32,000 nucleotides of DNA from Candidatus Caldarchaeales archaeon. Lineage in GTDB: Archaea; Thermoproteota; Nitrososphaeria_A; Caldarchaeales; Calditenuaceae. The position numbers and the translations under genes were made by a program. Under the pieces are notes generated by a model. The model saw nothing but the letters and a program-made list of their open reading frames with translations. It ran no database searches and was not told the DNA's origin. The stretch lies in NCBI GenBank assembly GCA_032249095.1, contig JAVVGN010000014.1:1-32000 (forward strand), in the 5' to 3' direction. This document shows positions 8,402 to 16,200 of this stretch, one piece after another. Within the stretch, counting starts at the first letter, position 1. Each line of letters begins with the position of its first letter.

Positions 8402-8579
8402 CAAACTCTATTCCACCCTTGCCAACTCTTAGGAAGAAGTGAGCAAGCGACGGTGACAAAGCGGCGATAAGAACGATGCAGACTATCTCCGCTACTGGGT
8501 TTTTAGTTGTTACTGCTTTGTAAAAAAGCATTGCTTGCGTCAGGATAGTCATGAAAAGCCATTGCCATTCCTTCTTCAT
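8358..8579 (-). CDS. small membrane protein (73 aa, two hydrophobic segments)
   Basis: Hydrophobic stretches WLFMTILTQAMLFY and AEIVCIVLIAALSPSLAHFFL. It is the last gene of the minus-strand cassette. The Shine-Dalgarno (SD) AAAGGAGG is 18 nt from the ATG, which is long. The 3' end overlaps the convergent 959-aa gene by 44 nt. Confidence 0.4.
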   Translation of the reverse strand: MKKEWQWLFMTILTQAMLFYKAVTTKNPVAEIVCIVLIAALSPSLAHFFLRVGKGGIEFVKERLAALSLKRQT

Positions 8580-8606
8580 GTTCTCTTTTTCTTTTCGCCT
8601 CCTTTC

Positions 8607-9233
8607 TTAATTAAAGACTGTTTCTTCCTCCTGTTGGTCACCCAACGCTTTTTGTACCTTTGTGTTCATTTGAGCCATGGTTTTGTCAAACTCTAGGGCG
8701 GCGGAGATGTAGGTCAGCAGGGCGGCGATGAACAGGTCGACAAGTGGCTCAAGTTCTGCATCCTTCGTCTTGAGGTAGGACAGGACGGCAGGAAAGTAGA
8801 CGAGGATCCCCCACATCGCGTTGATCAGCACGGCCATTATATTTGCTAATGTAAGAGCATGCGGGTCCATTTCCACTATCGGTTGTAGGTGTAAGATAAG
8901 GGCTGCATCGGCGTAAAAGGCTTGTGCTGTGACGATGAGGTTCTCCGTTTGACTTAGTATTTTTATGTATCTCATGTTTATTTCATCTATTTGCGTATTC
9001 TCTATGGTTGCTGTGCTCATGTGCTTAAATATTTGTTCTTTGATGTTGCCTTCTTCTGGTTTCAGTTCTTTTGGAAGGAGTCCGCCCTCGCTCATTAGGT
9101 CGATAATTTGAGCGATGGAACGGTGTATCCTTACCAGTTTATTGAAATGGATTAACGGCAGTCTTTCCGAGTTAGCCATGTTGGGTGGTGGGGTGGACAC
9201 CCCCCACTTGCGCACCTCCTTATCTCGCATCAT
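8607..9233 (-). CDS. membrane protein (208 aa), function unknown
   Basis: Two C-terminal hydrophobic helices (IMAVLINAMWGILVYFPAVLSYL and LVDLFIAALLTYISAAL). TAAGGAGG directly follows the upstream protease stop. The start is uncertain: ATG 9233, or in-frame GTG 9200. Confidence 0.6.
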   Translation of the reverse strand: MMRDKEVRKWGVSTPPPNMANSERLPLIHFNKLVRIHRSIAQIIDLMSEGGLLPKELKPEEGNIKEQIFKHMSTATIENTQIDEINMRYIKILSQTENLIVTAQAFYADAALILHLQPIVEMDPHALTLANIMAVLINAMWGILVYFPAVLSYLKTKDAELEPLVDLFIAALLTYISAALEFDKTMAQMNTKVQKALGDQQEEETVFN

Positions 9234-10023
9234 CTAAGATGAATTCTAGATTCCATTGTGCCAAGGTGTCTCGGATTCTCTTTATGGGGACGGCAAGGTT
9301 AATAGTTTCCCCAGCGCCCCGAGTTAGCATTCCGGCGTAATAGCACCGCTCATTGTCTACGACAAAGATGCCGCCGCCCGACGAGCCAGGTTGGGCTGTC
9401 GAAGAAAGCTGGATGAACGGTTTATTGTTGAGCATGCGGCTTGTTGCCGAGATGACACCGAAGGTAACGGAGTTAACGAGTTCGCCTAACATTGAGCCGC
9501 AGTGGTAGACTGGTTGTCCAGCGTAGACCGATTTATCTTTTGGTAGGGGTCGTGCCCCGAAGGGCAGTAGGTCTTCCTCGTAGGGTTGGAGCACTGCGAG
9601 ATCGTTACCACCTCGTTCTTCAATGGGCGAATATTTGAGGATTTTACAGCGTAGGCGCAACTCGCCGGTTACAACTCCGTCTTTCACTCGTTCAATGACT
9701 ACGGTGACGTCGTCAAATACAGCAATTTTTACGTCTTTTTGTTCTTCGCCTGGCTGGGGAGGTTTGGTAATGTACCTGATGGCTCGGGAAACGACATGCC
9801 CTGCTGTGAGGACAAACGTCCCTTTAGATGTTTTGAAGACAGTGCCCGACCCAGCGACTATCCATTGGCTGGTTGCTCCGCCGATCCCTTCAAAGACGGC
9901 TACTTGGACGGAAGGAGCGAGCACTCTTTCACGGATTTCTTGTTCATTAGGAAGTTGGGTTGCGATGGCAATAGCGATTGCCATCCCCAGTGCTGCGGTG
10001 GCTAAGGCTCCTACTCGTTTCAT
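9220..10023 (-). CDS. trypsin-like (S1/DegP-like, no PDZ) serine protease with N-terminal signal/anchor
   Basis: Catalytic triad contexts LTAGHVV (His), GNDLAVL (Asp) and QPGSSGGGIF (Ser). Hydrophobic N-terminus MKRVGALATAALGMAIAIAIA. GGAGG lies 9 nt upstream of ATG 10023. Confidence 0.85.
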   Translation of the reverse strand: MKRVGALATAALGMAIAIAIATQLPNEQEIRERVLAPSVQVAVFEGIGGATSQWIVAGSGTVFKTSKGTFVLTAGHVVSRAIRYITKPPQPGEEQKDVKIAVFDDVTVVIERVKDGVVTGELRLRCKILKYSPIEERGGNDLAVLQPYEEDLLPFGARPLPKDKSVYAGQPVYHCGSMLGELVNSVTFGVISATSRMLNNKPFIQLSSTAQPGSSGGGIFVVDNERCYYAGMLTRGAGETINLAVPIKRIRDTLAQWNLEFILDDAR

Positions 10024-10077
10024 TAACCTTTGCCTCCTGTTCTGGGGTACCTTTTGTTGTGCCGTTAATATTATAGC

Positions 10078-10329
10078 CTACGGCTGGTGTAGGATAGCAT
10101 TTATCCAGAGCAAGTAGGCGGCAAGGTCGTGGAGGGCTGCTGGTGAGTATTCTGACGGGTTGATGCGGCTCGCTATCCACGTGATAAGGGGTTCTCTGGC
10201 TTTGGCGGGGGCGGCTCGCCCTCGTCCCTTCAATTGCGTTTTTGATAGGGCAGCTTCTCGTCTGGAGATGATTTCCATGATGTGGAGCATTTCTTCCCAC
10301 AATCTTGTCTTCTTGCCAGGCTTTTTCAT
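10078..10329 (-). CDS. hypothetical small protein (83 aa)
   Basis: ATG 10329 with GGAGGG 8 nt upstream. It fills the gap between lon and the trypsin-like protease on the same strand. Confidence 0.45.
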   Translation of the reverse strand: MKKPGKKTRLWEEMLHIMEIISRREAALSKTQLKGRGRAAPAKAREPLITWIASRINPSEYSPAALHDLAAYLLWINAILHQP

Positions 10330-10351
10330 AGCAGCGCCCTCCGATAGGATT

Positions 10352-12757
10352 TTAGGAAGCGTGTTTTTCCAGTTTAATATCCAGACGGGCTAATACCTCT
10401 TCTATTGTTTCTACGGGCGTTATCCTGATTCTATGTGATAGTTTGCTTTTCTTAAGCCAGTAGTCTACTTCGTCTTTATTGGCAGCAGGGATAAGGATTT
10501 CTTCTAGCCCGGCGTTTTCTGCTGCGACAATTTTGGCGGGCAGACCGCCGACGGGGAGAATTTCGCCGCTGGCACTAATCTCTCCTGTCATTACCACGAG
10601 TCTTCCAATCGGTCTGTTGAGGTGGGTGCAGATAAGTCCGATGGTGATGGCAAGGCTGGCAGACGGCCCTCCCCGTGGCAGGGAAACAGATGGAAGATAA
10701 ACGATCCATTTGGTATTAGCGCTGTCGAATGTAGGAATGTGATGTCGGCACCATAGGAAGGATGATTTGATACTTTCCTTCATGCTATCATCAGCATTTC
10801 CAATGATTTCGATGTTCCAGGGGGAGTTATTATTTGCAGCTTGGTCAATCTTATGAATTTCCACCCAGAAGACGACCCCCTCGCCACTTCTATTGACCCC
10901 GACGACGGGGATATAGCCGACACGCTGGGCATACTCATTCTTCCACTCCACGAGGGGAACGGGTGGGGGGAAGTGGCGTTGTATGAATTTCGCCGTAACC
11001 CTTTTTTCTTGAAGGCACAGGGCTTTTCTTAAGGCACTTTCTACCTGACGTTTGACCTCTCGGACGCCCGCTTCCCATCTTCCCCAAGTTTTGACGATGT
11101 AGGAGATAGCGTCGTCCGTAATAGCCACATGTTCTTCTGTTATTTGCCAGTTCTTTCGTATGGTTGGTATAAGGTAATGCTTTACGATTTGGAATTTTTC
11201 GGGAAGAAGGTAGCCGTTAAACTGGATGAATTCCATGCGGTCGGCGAGGATCGGGTCTATATTCTCTTGAACATTGGCGCCACAGATGAAAAGAATATTG
11301 GAAAGGTCAATGGGGTAGTCTACATAGTGATCGAAGAAATCGTGATTTCTATCAGGGTCTAGTGCGTCCAGCAGGGCGGCGTCAGGTCTACCTTTGTAGC
11401 TTAGCCCAAGCTTATCGATTTCATCAAGGAAGATAATTCCGTTTAGTGCTTTCAATTGGGCGAGGGCAGAGGCGATACGACCTGGCATAGCGCCGATGTA
11501 GGTTCGGCGGTGTCCCTTAATTTCTGATTCATCTGAGACGCCGCCGAGGCTAACCCTGTAGAAGGGCAATTTAAGCGCTTCTGCGACCGCTGCTGCCATT
11601 GATGTTTTTCCTGTTCCCGGTGGACCAATAAAGCAAAGGATATTGCCTTTTGGTGGTCTCTTGAGATGAGTGTAGAGGGCTAAATATTCCGATATTCGTT
11701 CCTTTGCGTCAAAGAGTCCGTAGTGGCTGTTTTCTAAGGTAGTTATGACCTCGCTGAGATTTGTGTTGGGTTCAACATACTTCCCCCACGGTAATGAGAG
11801 GACGAATCGCACGTGGCGTAGGGTAATTGGTCTTTCTGGGTTAGTGATGTACCCTGCTACCGATTCTACTTCTTCTCGGAGTTTTGCTTTTAGCTGTTCT
11901 GGTAGGTTGGGATTGGTTTGTATTTCTTTTAGGAGTTCGTCAGCTTCGCTATCACCTGTTGTATATGAGATTTCTTTTATTTCGGTGTTAATGGCGTCAC
12001 GGAGGTGTGATAGGAATGCCAGTCTTTGCTGTTTTGCGGCGGATTCGTCAGCTTCTTCCCTTACTTTTTTCACCTCTTCCATCCGTATCTTTAGAGCTTT
12101 GACAAAATTTAGGACTTCCATAGCGAAGTCTCTAAAGTTCGTGGTGCTGACAATTGATTCGTAGTCGCTTGGCAGCATAAAGTAGGCGACATTATCGGAT
12201 TGAAGGATTTCTATTATGATGTGGTAGAGAGATTGTTGTAGCCCTTCGCTGGATGAGATTATTAGCGGGTCTTTGTTTCTCACTTGGTTGTAGGTCTTTT
12301 GAACGATTGCTTTGAGGGTAGGGACTAATTCAAAGAAGTCGCTCATGTTGAAGAACTGGAATATTTGGATACAGGCATCAGCAAGGGCGAAGTCGGGTTT
12401 ATCCGACAGGTATGGACTAAATGGGATGGTATTTCCTTTGCCTACGAAGCATTGCGCCTCGTTGTCGAACCAGATTTCGTTTATCTGGATTGCGTTGCCG
12501 AGGCTGGTTTTCACCCACCAAATATTTTTCTCTTCTTTTACCTTTTCCCACTTTGTTACAATTACCCCTCGTCTTAACAGGTCAGTTCCGTCTTTAACTT
12601 CTTGGGCGCTGAAGAAGCGTTGTGGGACGAGGGCAACGCCGAGGGGATGTTGAAGGGCGTTAAGTGAAATCGTTCGCCCTACCGCTATTCCGTCCCGTTC
12701 TGTCCTTGGGTACGGATAAAATCGAATCGGAAGTATGGCGAAAGTGATTTCACTCAC
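10352..12757 (-). CDS. lon: LonA-type ATP-dependent protease (801 aa)
   Basis: Walker A GPPGTGKTS and Walker B IIFLDEIDK. The Lon signature SDESEIKGHRRTYIGAMPGRI is colinear with E. coli Lon. Protease domain has RGGPSASLAI (catalytic Ser) and VGGLPAKIVAA (Lys aligned to Lon K722). GTG start at 12757 overlaps the vWA stop (GTGAGTGA). Confidence 0.9.
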   Translation of the reverse strand: MSEITFAILPIRFYPYPRTERDGIAVGRTISLNALQHPLGVALVPQRFFSAQEVKDGTDLLRRGVIVTKWEKVKEEKNIWWVKTSLGNAIQINEIWFDNEAQCFVGKGNTIPFSPYLSDKPDFALADACIQIFQFFNMSDFFELVPTLKAIVQKTYNQVRNKDPLIISSSEGLQQSLYHIIIEILQSDNVAYFMLPSDYESIVSTTNFRDFAMEVLNFVKALKIRMEEVKKVREEADESAAKQQRLAFLSHLRDAINTEIKEISYTTGDSEADELLKEIQTNPNLPEQLKAKLREEVESVAGYITNPERPITLRHVRFVLSLPWGKYVEPNTNLSEVITTLENSHYGLFDAKERISEYLALYTHLKRPPKGNILCFIGPPGTGKTSMAAAVAEALKLPFYRVSLGGVSDESEIKGHRRTYIGAMPGRIASALAQLKALNGIIFLDEIDKLGLSYKGRPDAALLDALDPDRNHDFFDHYVDYPIDLSNILFICGANVQENIDPILADRMEFIQFNGYLLPEKFQIVKHYLIPTIRKNWQITEEHVAITDDAISYIVKTWGRWEAGVREVKRQVESALRKALCLQEKRVTAKFIQRHFPPPVPLVEWKNEYAQRVGYIPVVGVNRSGEGVVFWVEIHKIDQAANNNSPWNIEIIGNADDSMKESIKSSFLWCRHHIPTFDSANTKWIVYLPSVSLPRGGPSASLAITIGLICTHLNRPIGRLVVMTGEISASGEILPVGGLPAKIVAAENAGLEEILIPAANKDEVDYWLKKSKLSHRIRITPVETIEEVLARLDIKLEKHAS

Positions 12758-13910
12758 GACAGTCTTCTACCTCCTTTGTCTCTGCTATAGGTATGGATGC
12801 GATGAATTTCACACTTCTAAATTTATTCTTTTTCTCTTCAAGAGTTTTCTGGCAATCGCGTCGCTCGTTTATTATTATACCGAGTATTGTAGAATCCGTC
12901 ACCAAGTCTCTGTCGGTATCGGTCGTGTCAAAATCGCTGATGAGGATAATGGCTTCAGGCTTTAATTGCTCTTTGTCTATAAGCTTTTGGATAGACCTGA
13001 AGATTTCTGTTCCGCCTCGTCCTTTCATTGTCGTTAGGAATTCTGGGAGTTGTTCGCTGGCGTAGGTGGATACCCAGCGACTTTGGAAGTCGGCGTCAAC
13101 CTGTGCGACATGTATTTCTGTGGTCGGATAAATGGATTGGAGCATCTTCACTATGGTTATTACTAAGGATGCGCAGGTTTGTAATCCTGCCTTAGACATA
13201 GACCCCGATGTATCTATTCCTATGACGATTTGTCTTGGGTACAGGGGGAGAACGATTTCCGCATACTTTTGCTGCCAGAGGAGTAGGATATCGTATTCTG
13301 GTCGGCTGAAGCCTCGGCGCTTTGTCACCGTTGCCTCTATGATATTTTGGAGTCGAAATGTGAGGTTCCCGCCGATGGCGGGGGGTATGTATTCCACGGC
13401 ACCACCAGTTGATTTTCCAGCCGTTAGGGGTAGTGTCATCCAAGTTAGCTTGGTCTCGTCTGGGATGTTGGGGTTGTTTGAAATTTGCTGGTGAAACTGT
13501 TCAAAGGCGGTATTTAGTTGTTCGGGGCTTAGGATGCGGCTGGCGAAGGACTGTTTAATAATGCTTTGGCTGTCCATCTCGCGGATACTGCGCCAGCCCT
13601 GATGGTCATCACCGAAGCCCATTTGTCTCGTGATGTTATTTGAGTGTCGTAACTTTAAGAAGATTTCCTCGGCGCTTAGCCCGAGCCATTTTCTCTTTAC
13701 TGGTTTAATTTGTTTGAAGGTAGAGGAGCTGATAGTGATGAGTAGGTGGTTGACCTCCAAGTCACAGGAGTAATCCCAGCGGGGGTCGTTATGGAGGACT
13801 GTACCTCTGCGGAAGTGAAGGAGGAGAATGTGGGCGGCGATGTGGCACAAGTAAATCCTTAGGTGGGCAGGGGTAATTTCTTCCAACCACTCTTCACCGA
13901 CTTCGCCCAC
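12750..13910 (-). CDS. DUF2201-type protein: degenerate metallopeptidase-like N-domain plus vWA domain (main ORF; true N-terminus lies upstream across a frameshift)
   Basis: MIDAS motif VIGIDTSGSMS, then GRGGTEIF and ILISDFD. The N-domain LCHIAAHILLLHFRRG matches the position of the HExxH...H..RRG motif of DUF2201_N, with Glu replaced by Ile. There is no SD before GTG 13910. Confidence 0.8.
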   Translation of the reverse strand: MGEVGEEWLEEITPAHLRIYLCHIAAHILLLHFRRGTVLHNDPRWDYSCDLEVNHLLITISSSTFKQIKPVKRKWLGLSAEEIFLKLRHSNNITRQMGFGDDHQGWRSIREMDSQSIIKQSFASRILSPEQLNTAFEQFHQQISNNPNIPDETKLTWMTLPLTAGKSTGGAVEYIPPAIGGNLTFRLQNIIEATVTKRRGFSRPEYDILLLWQQKYAEIVLPLYPRQIVIGIDTSGSMSKAGLQTCASLVITIVKMLQSIYPTTEIHVAQVDADFQSRWVSTYASEQLPEFLTTMKGRGGTEIFRSIQKLIDKEQLKPEAIILISDFDTTDTDRDLVTDSTILGIIINERRDCQKTLEEKKNKFRSVKFIASIPIAETKEVEDCRE

Positions 13911-14049
13911 AAAAAAAGTTGTGGCTCACGACTTGTAGCGTAGGGGGTGTGGAAGGTTTATCGGCGAGGACCCAGACGGCGGGCAGGAAGGCTGCCAGCA
14001 CGGGAAAATCTTCTACTACCGATAATAAGACGCTATAGAGTTTGTGCAC
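13894..14049 (-). CDS. N-terminal fragment of the same DUF2201/vWA gene (46 aa before the frameshift)
   Basis: GTG 14049 with AAGGAGG 8 nt upstream. It encodes VHKLYSVLLSVVEDFPVLAAFLPAVWVLADKPSTPPTLQVVSHNFF, then meets the A7 run (13911-13917). Removing one base fuses it to VGEVGEEWLEE... of the 12750..13910 ORF. It is too short for the 60-aa ORF track. Confidence 0.7.
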   Translation of the reverse strand: MHKLYSVLLSVVEDFPVLAAFLPAVWVLADKPSTPPTLQVVSHNFFCGRSR

Positions 14050-14144
14050 GTTCCATGCCTCCTTCTTTCAGGCGCCGTATGTATTCTCGGACTAACCGAC
14101 GGAGACGGTGCGGGTGACGGGCAACCCGCTGTCTATATTTTACT

Positions 14145-14852
14145 TCACGATGCGGCCTTTCTGCTTTTTTTGTAGACATCTGCCTTCAATAGGTAGTCTT
14201 CCAGCTTTTCCTTCCATTCAAGGGCGCGCCGCCAGAGGGAGGGCCGGATATCCCGCAGGTTCTTGTTGAAGATGATGGTTTCTAAGCCTTCAATCGTCTT
14301 GTGGAGGACGGTAGCGGCCTCTTCAGAGATAGTGACTGGGAGAGGTTCGCCGCACCGATCGCACCAAAGCGGTGCGGGGACGATGTCTTCGTCTTCCAAC
14401 GAGGCGACCATTACAGCTTTTTGCAGGAGGACGCTTTCTTGCTCCTTTGCGCAGGTGGGGCAGTAAACCTTTTCGCCCGCCTCTAGCAGGACGACGGCGC
14501 CCTTCCGCACGGAAAGCGGAGCCGCCCCGCACTTGGCACAAACAATGCCGTCGTGGACTTTCTCCAACCTGAAGGCCCTAGATCTTACTTTGTCTGGCAA
14601 TCCTTGACGGCACTTAGAACAGATGACGTTTTTGCCTAGCGCATACCACTCCATTTTTGCTTTTTGCCACCTGCTCTTTTCCAGGCTACCTTCGTCTACC
14701 TCATATGCCTTTTCTTCGTCCCACCAATAGAAGCACTCACCGCAAAAGCATGGGTGAGATTCGTCCTTTTCCCAATTTCTCACCTTCTCGTCGTTTTCAT
14801 CTATCGTGTCTGGGCAAGGGCAGCTGCATCCCTCTTCTTTTCGCCAAGGCAT
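14145..14852 (-). CDS. multi-zinc-ribbon protein (235 aa)
   Basis: At least five CxxC-type pairs (CSCPC, CFCGEC, CSKC, CAKC, CPTC, CDRC). First gene of the vWA-Lon cassette, on the same strand. Confidence 0.65.
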   Translation of the reverse strand: MPWRKEEGCSCPCPDTIDENDEKVRNWEKDESHPCFCGECFYWWDEEKAYEVDEGSLEKSRWQKAKMEWYALGKNVICSKCRQGLPDKVRSRAFRLEKVHDGIVCAKCGAAPLSVRKGAVVLLEAGEKVYCPTCAKEQESVLLQKAVMVASLEDEDIVPAPLWCDRCGEPLPVTISEEAATVLHKTIEGLETIIFNKNLRDIRPSLWRRALEWKEKLEDYLLKADVYKKSRKAAS

Positions 14853-14873
14853 ATTGCATCACCATTCTTGATT

Positions 14874-15536
14874 TTAGGATTTTATTCCCACGATATTTGT
14901 TGTATTAGGAAACTTCCCGCCTGGTTTCCAGATGCCAGTTGAAGATCCTCCGTCTAACCGTATGGCATCCGTATATCCGAGCCGCAGCAATTGTCTGCCC
15001 GTTTCCCACAGGGATGATCCTCTTGAGATGCCAATAGCGATTAGGTTTTTCTTTTCGTTCCACGCTATGAAGGAGAAGTAATGATGCTCAATGATATAAG
15101 GAGATATTCCTTCTTTTCGCAGTTGCTGGTAGGTCGCTAATGTTCCTCGTCGTAGGAAGTATGACCCGCCGCCGATTGCTAATCGTATTTCATTCGTTTT
15201 TATTTCTTTTTTGCCTATAAATACCTTCTTTCCGTTTGACCGAACCAAACCCATATAGACGGTATTGTCTTGAAAGATGACGAGGCACCCCCGTTCGAGG
15301 CTATCCCACCAAGGGAATGGGTAGAGGACTTTTCCATCTCGGACGACCCAGTTGGCGAGGGTTTTGTGGCGGATGCTAAAGAATGTCCCGTTTATTGCGA
15401 CTTTCAAGTCTTTTAGGCTTTCCCCTTTTAGTCGAAATGCCAATTTGTCTGGTGGCGCCGTTCCGGCGATGATGACCTCAGCGGCGCCTTTAACACCGAT
15501 GATGCTAATGATAAGGGCAATGACGAGCAACCTCAT
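14874..15536 (-). CDS. secreted phosphodiester glycosidase family protein (NAGPA/DUF2233-like)
   Basis: Signal-like N-terminus MRLLVIALIISIIGVKGA. Family-typical AINGTFF and AIRLDGGSSTG motifs. SD-like GAGAGGA upstream of ATG 15536. Confidence 0.65.
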   Translation of the reverse strand: MRLLVIALIISIIGVKGAAEVIIAGTAPPDKLAFRLKGESLKDLKVAINGTFFSIRHKTLANWVVRDGKVLYPFPWWDSLERGCLVIFQDNTVYMGLVRSNGKKVFIGKKEIKTNEIRLAIGGGSYFLRRGTLATYQQLRKEGISPYIIEHHYFSFIAWNEKKNLIAIGISRGSSLWETGRQLLRLGYTDAIRLDGGSSTGIWKPGGKFPNTTNIVGIKS

Positions 15537-15636
15537 TTTCCTCTCGGAGGCTTACTTATTGTCGCCCCCACGGTAAATTTTAGGTCTCTTCCGAGGTAGG
15601 ACTTAAGTGGTGTTGTTCTGTCGTTAAAATTTTGTT

Positions 15637-16200
15637 GTGGAGGTGATAAAGGTGACCGATTTATTCCTGCGTTGCTTAAGGTTTGTTCTAAAGTGGGAAG
15701 GCGGTCTTAGTAATGACCCAGACGATCCAGGCGGTCTGACGAATCGGGGCGTTACGCAGGCTCGTTATGACCAGTATCGTAAAGAAAAGGGGCTCCCGAA
15801 AAGGAGCGTTGCCCAAATGACCGAGCAAGAGATGCGGGAGATTTACTGGAAGTATTATTGGGTTCCAGTGAGGGGGGACGAGTTTCCTTATCCTCTTGCT
15901 CTTGCTGTTTTTGATACGGGTGTCAATATGGGGACGGTGACGGCGGTTAGGCTTTTGCAGCGAGCTATCAATGACTTGTTACCGTCTGCAAAGTGGATAG
16001 ATGTAGATGGCAAAGTGGGGCAGCAAACCTTATCTGCTGCTAAGTCTTTGCCGGATAGGACCCTTGCGTTGAAGTTGTGCGACCGTCGGGAGGAGCGCTA
16101 CCGAGCGATCGTTCGTGCTAATCCGAAGTTGGGGAAATTCCTGCGGGGTTGGCTTAACAGATTAAATGACCTACGCAAGGAAATTCAGAAGGGCGCGTAG
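15637..16200 (+). CDS. GH108-type lysozyme with PG_binding_3 domain (endolysin-like)
   Basis: LKWEGGLSNDPDDPGGLTNRGVTQ is the GH108 signature. The C-terminal VDGKVGQQTLSAAKSL is peptidoglycan-binding-like. The more likely start is GTG 15652, with GGAGG (15639-15643) 8 nt upstream. Confidence 0.85.
   Translation: MEVIKVTDLFLRCLRFVLKWEGGLSNDPDDPGGLTNRGVTQARYDQYRKEKGLPKRSVAQMTEQEMREIYWKYYWVPVRGDEFPYPLALAVFDTGVNMGTVTAVRLLQRAINDLLPSAKWIDVDGKVGQQTLSAAKSLPDRTLALKLCDRREERYRAIVRANPKLGKFLRGWLNRLNDLRKEIQKGA

Noticed and set aside
9623-10300. Plus-strand 164-aa and 88-aa ORFs, and the minus-strand 117-aa ORF 9947..10300
   Set aside because: The first two are antisense to the well-supported trypsin-like protease. 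The 117-aa ORF overlaps the protease start, whereas the 83-aa ORF (10078..10329) has an SD and fits the gap.
14263-14572. Cluster of four overlapping 61-72-aa ORFs in several frames
   Set aside because: They sit in a locally GC-rich part of the 235-aa Zn-ribbon gene. The open frames are explained by the scarcity of stop codons. None has an SD or a plausible sequence.
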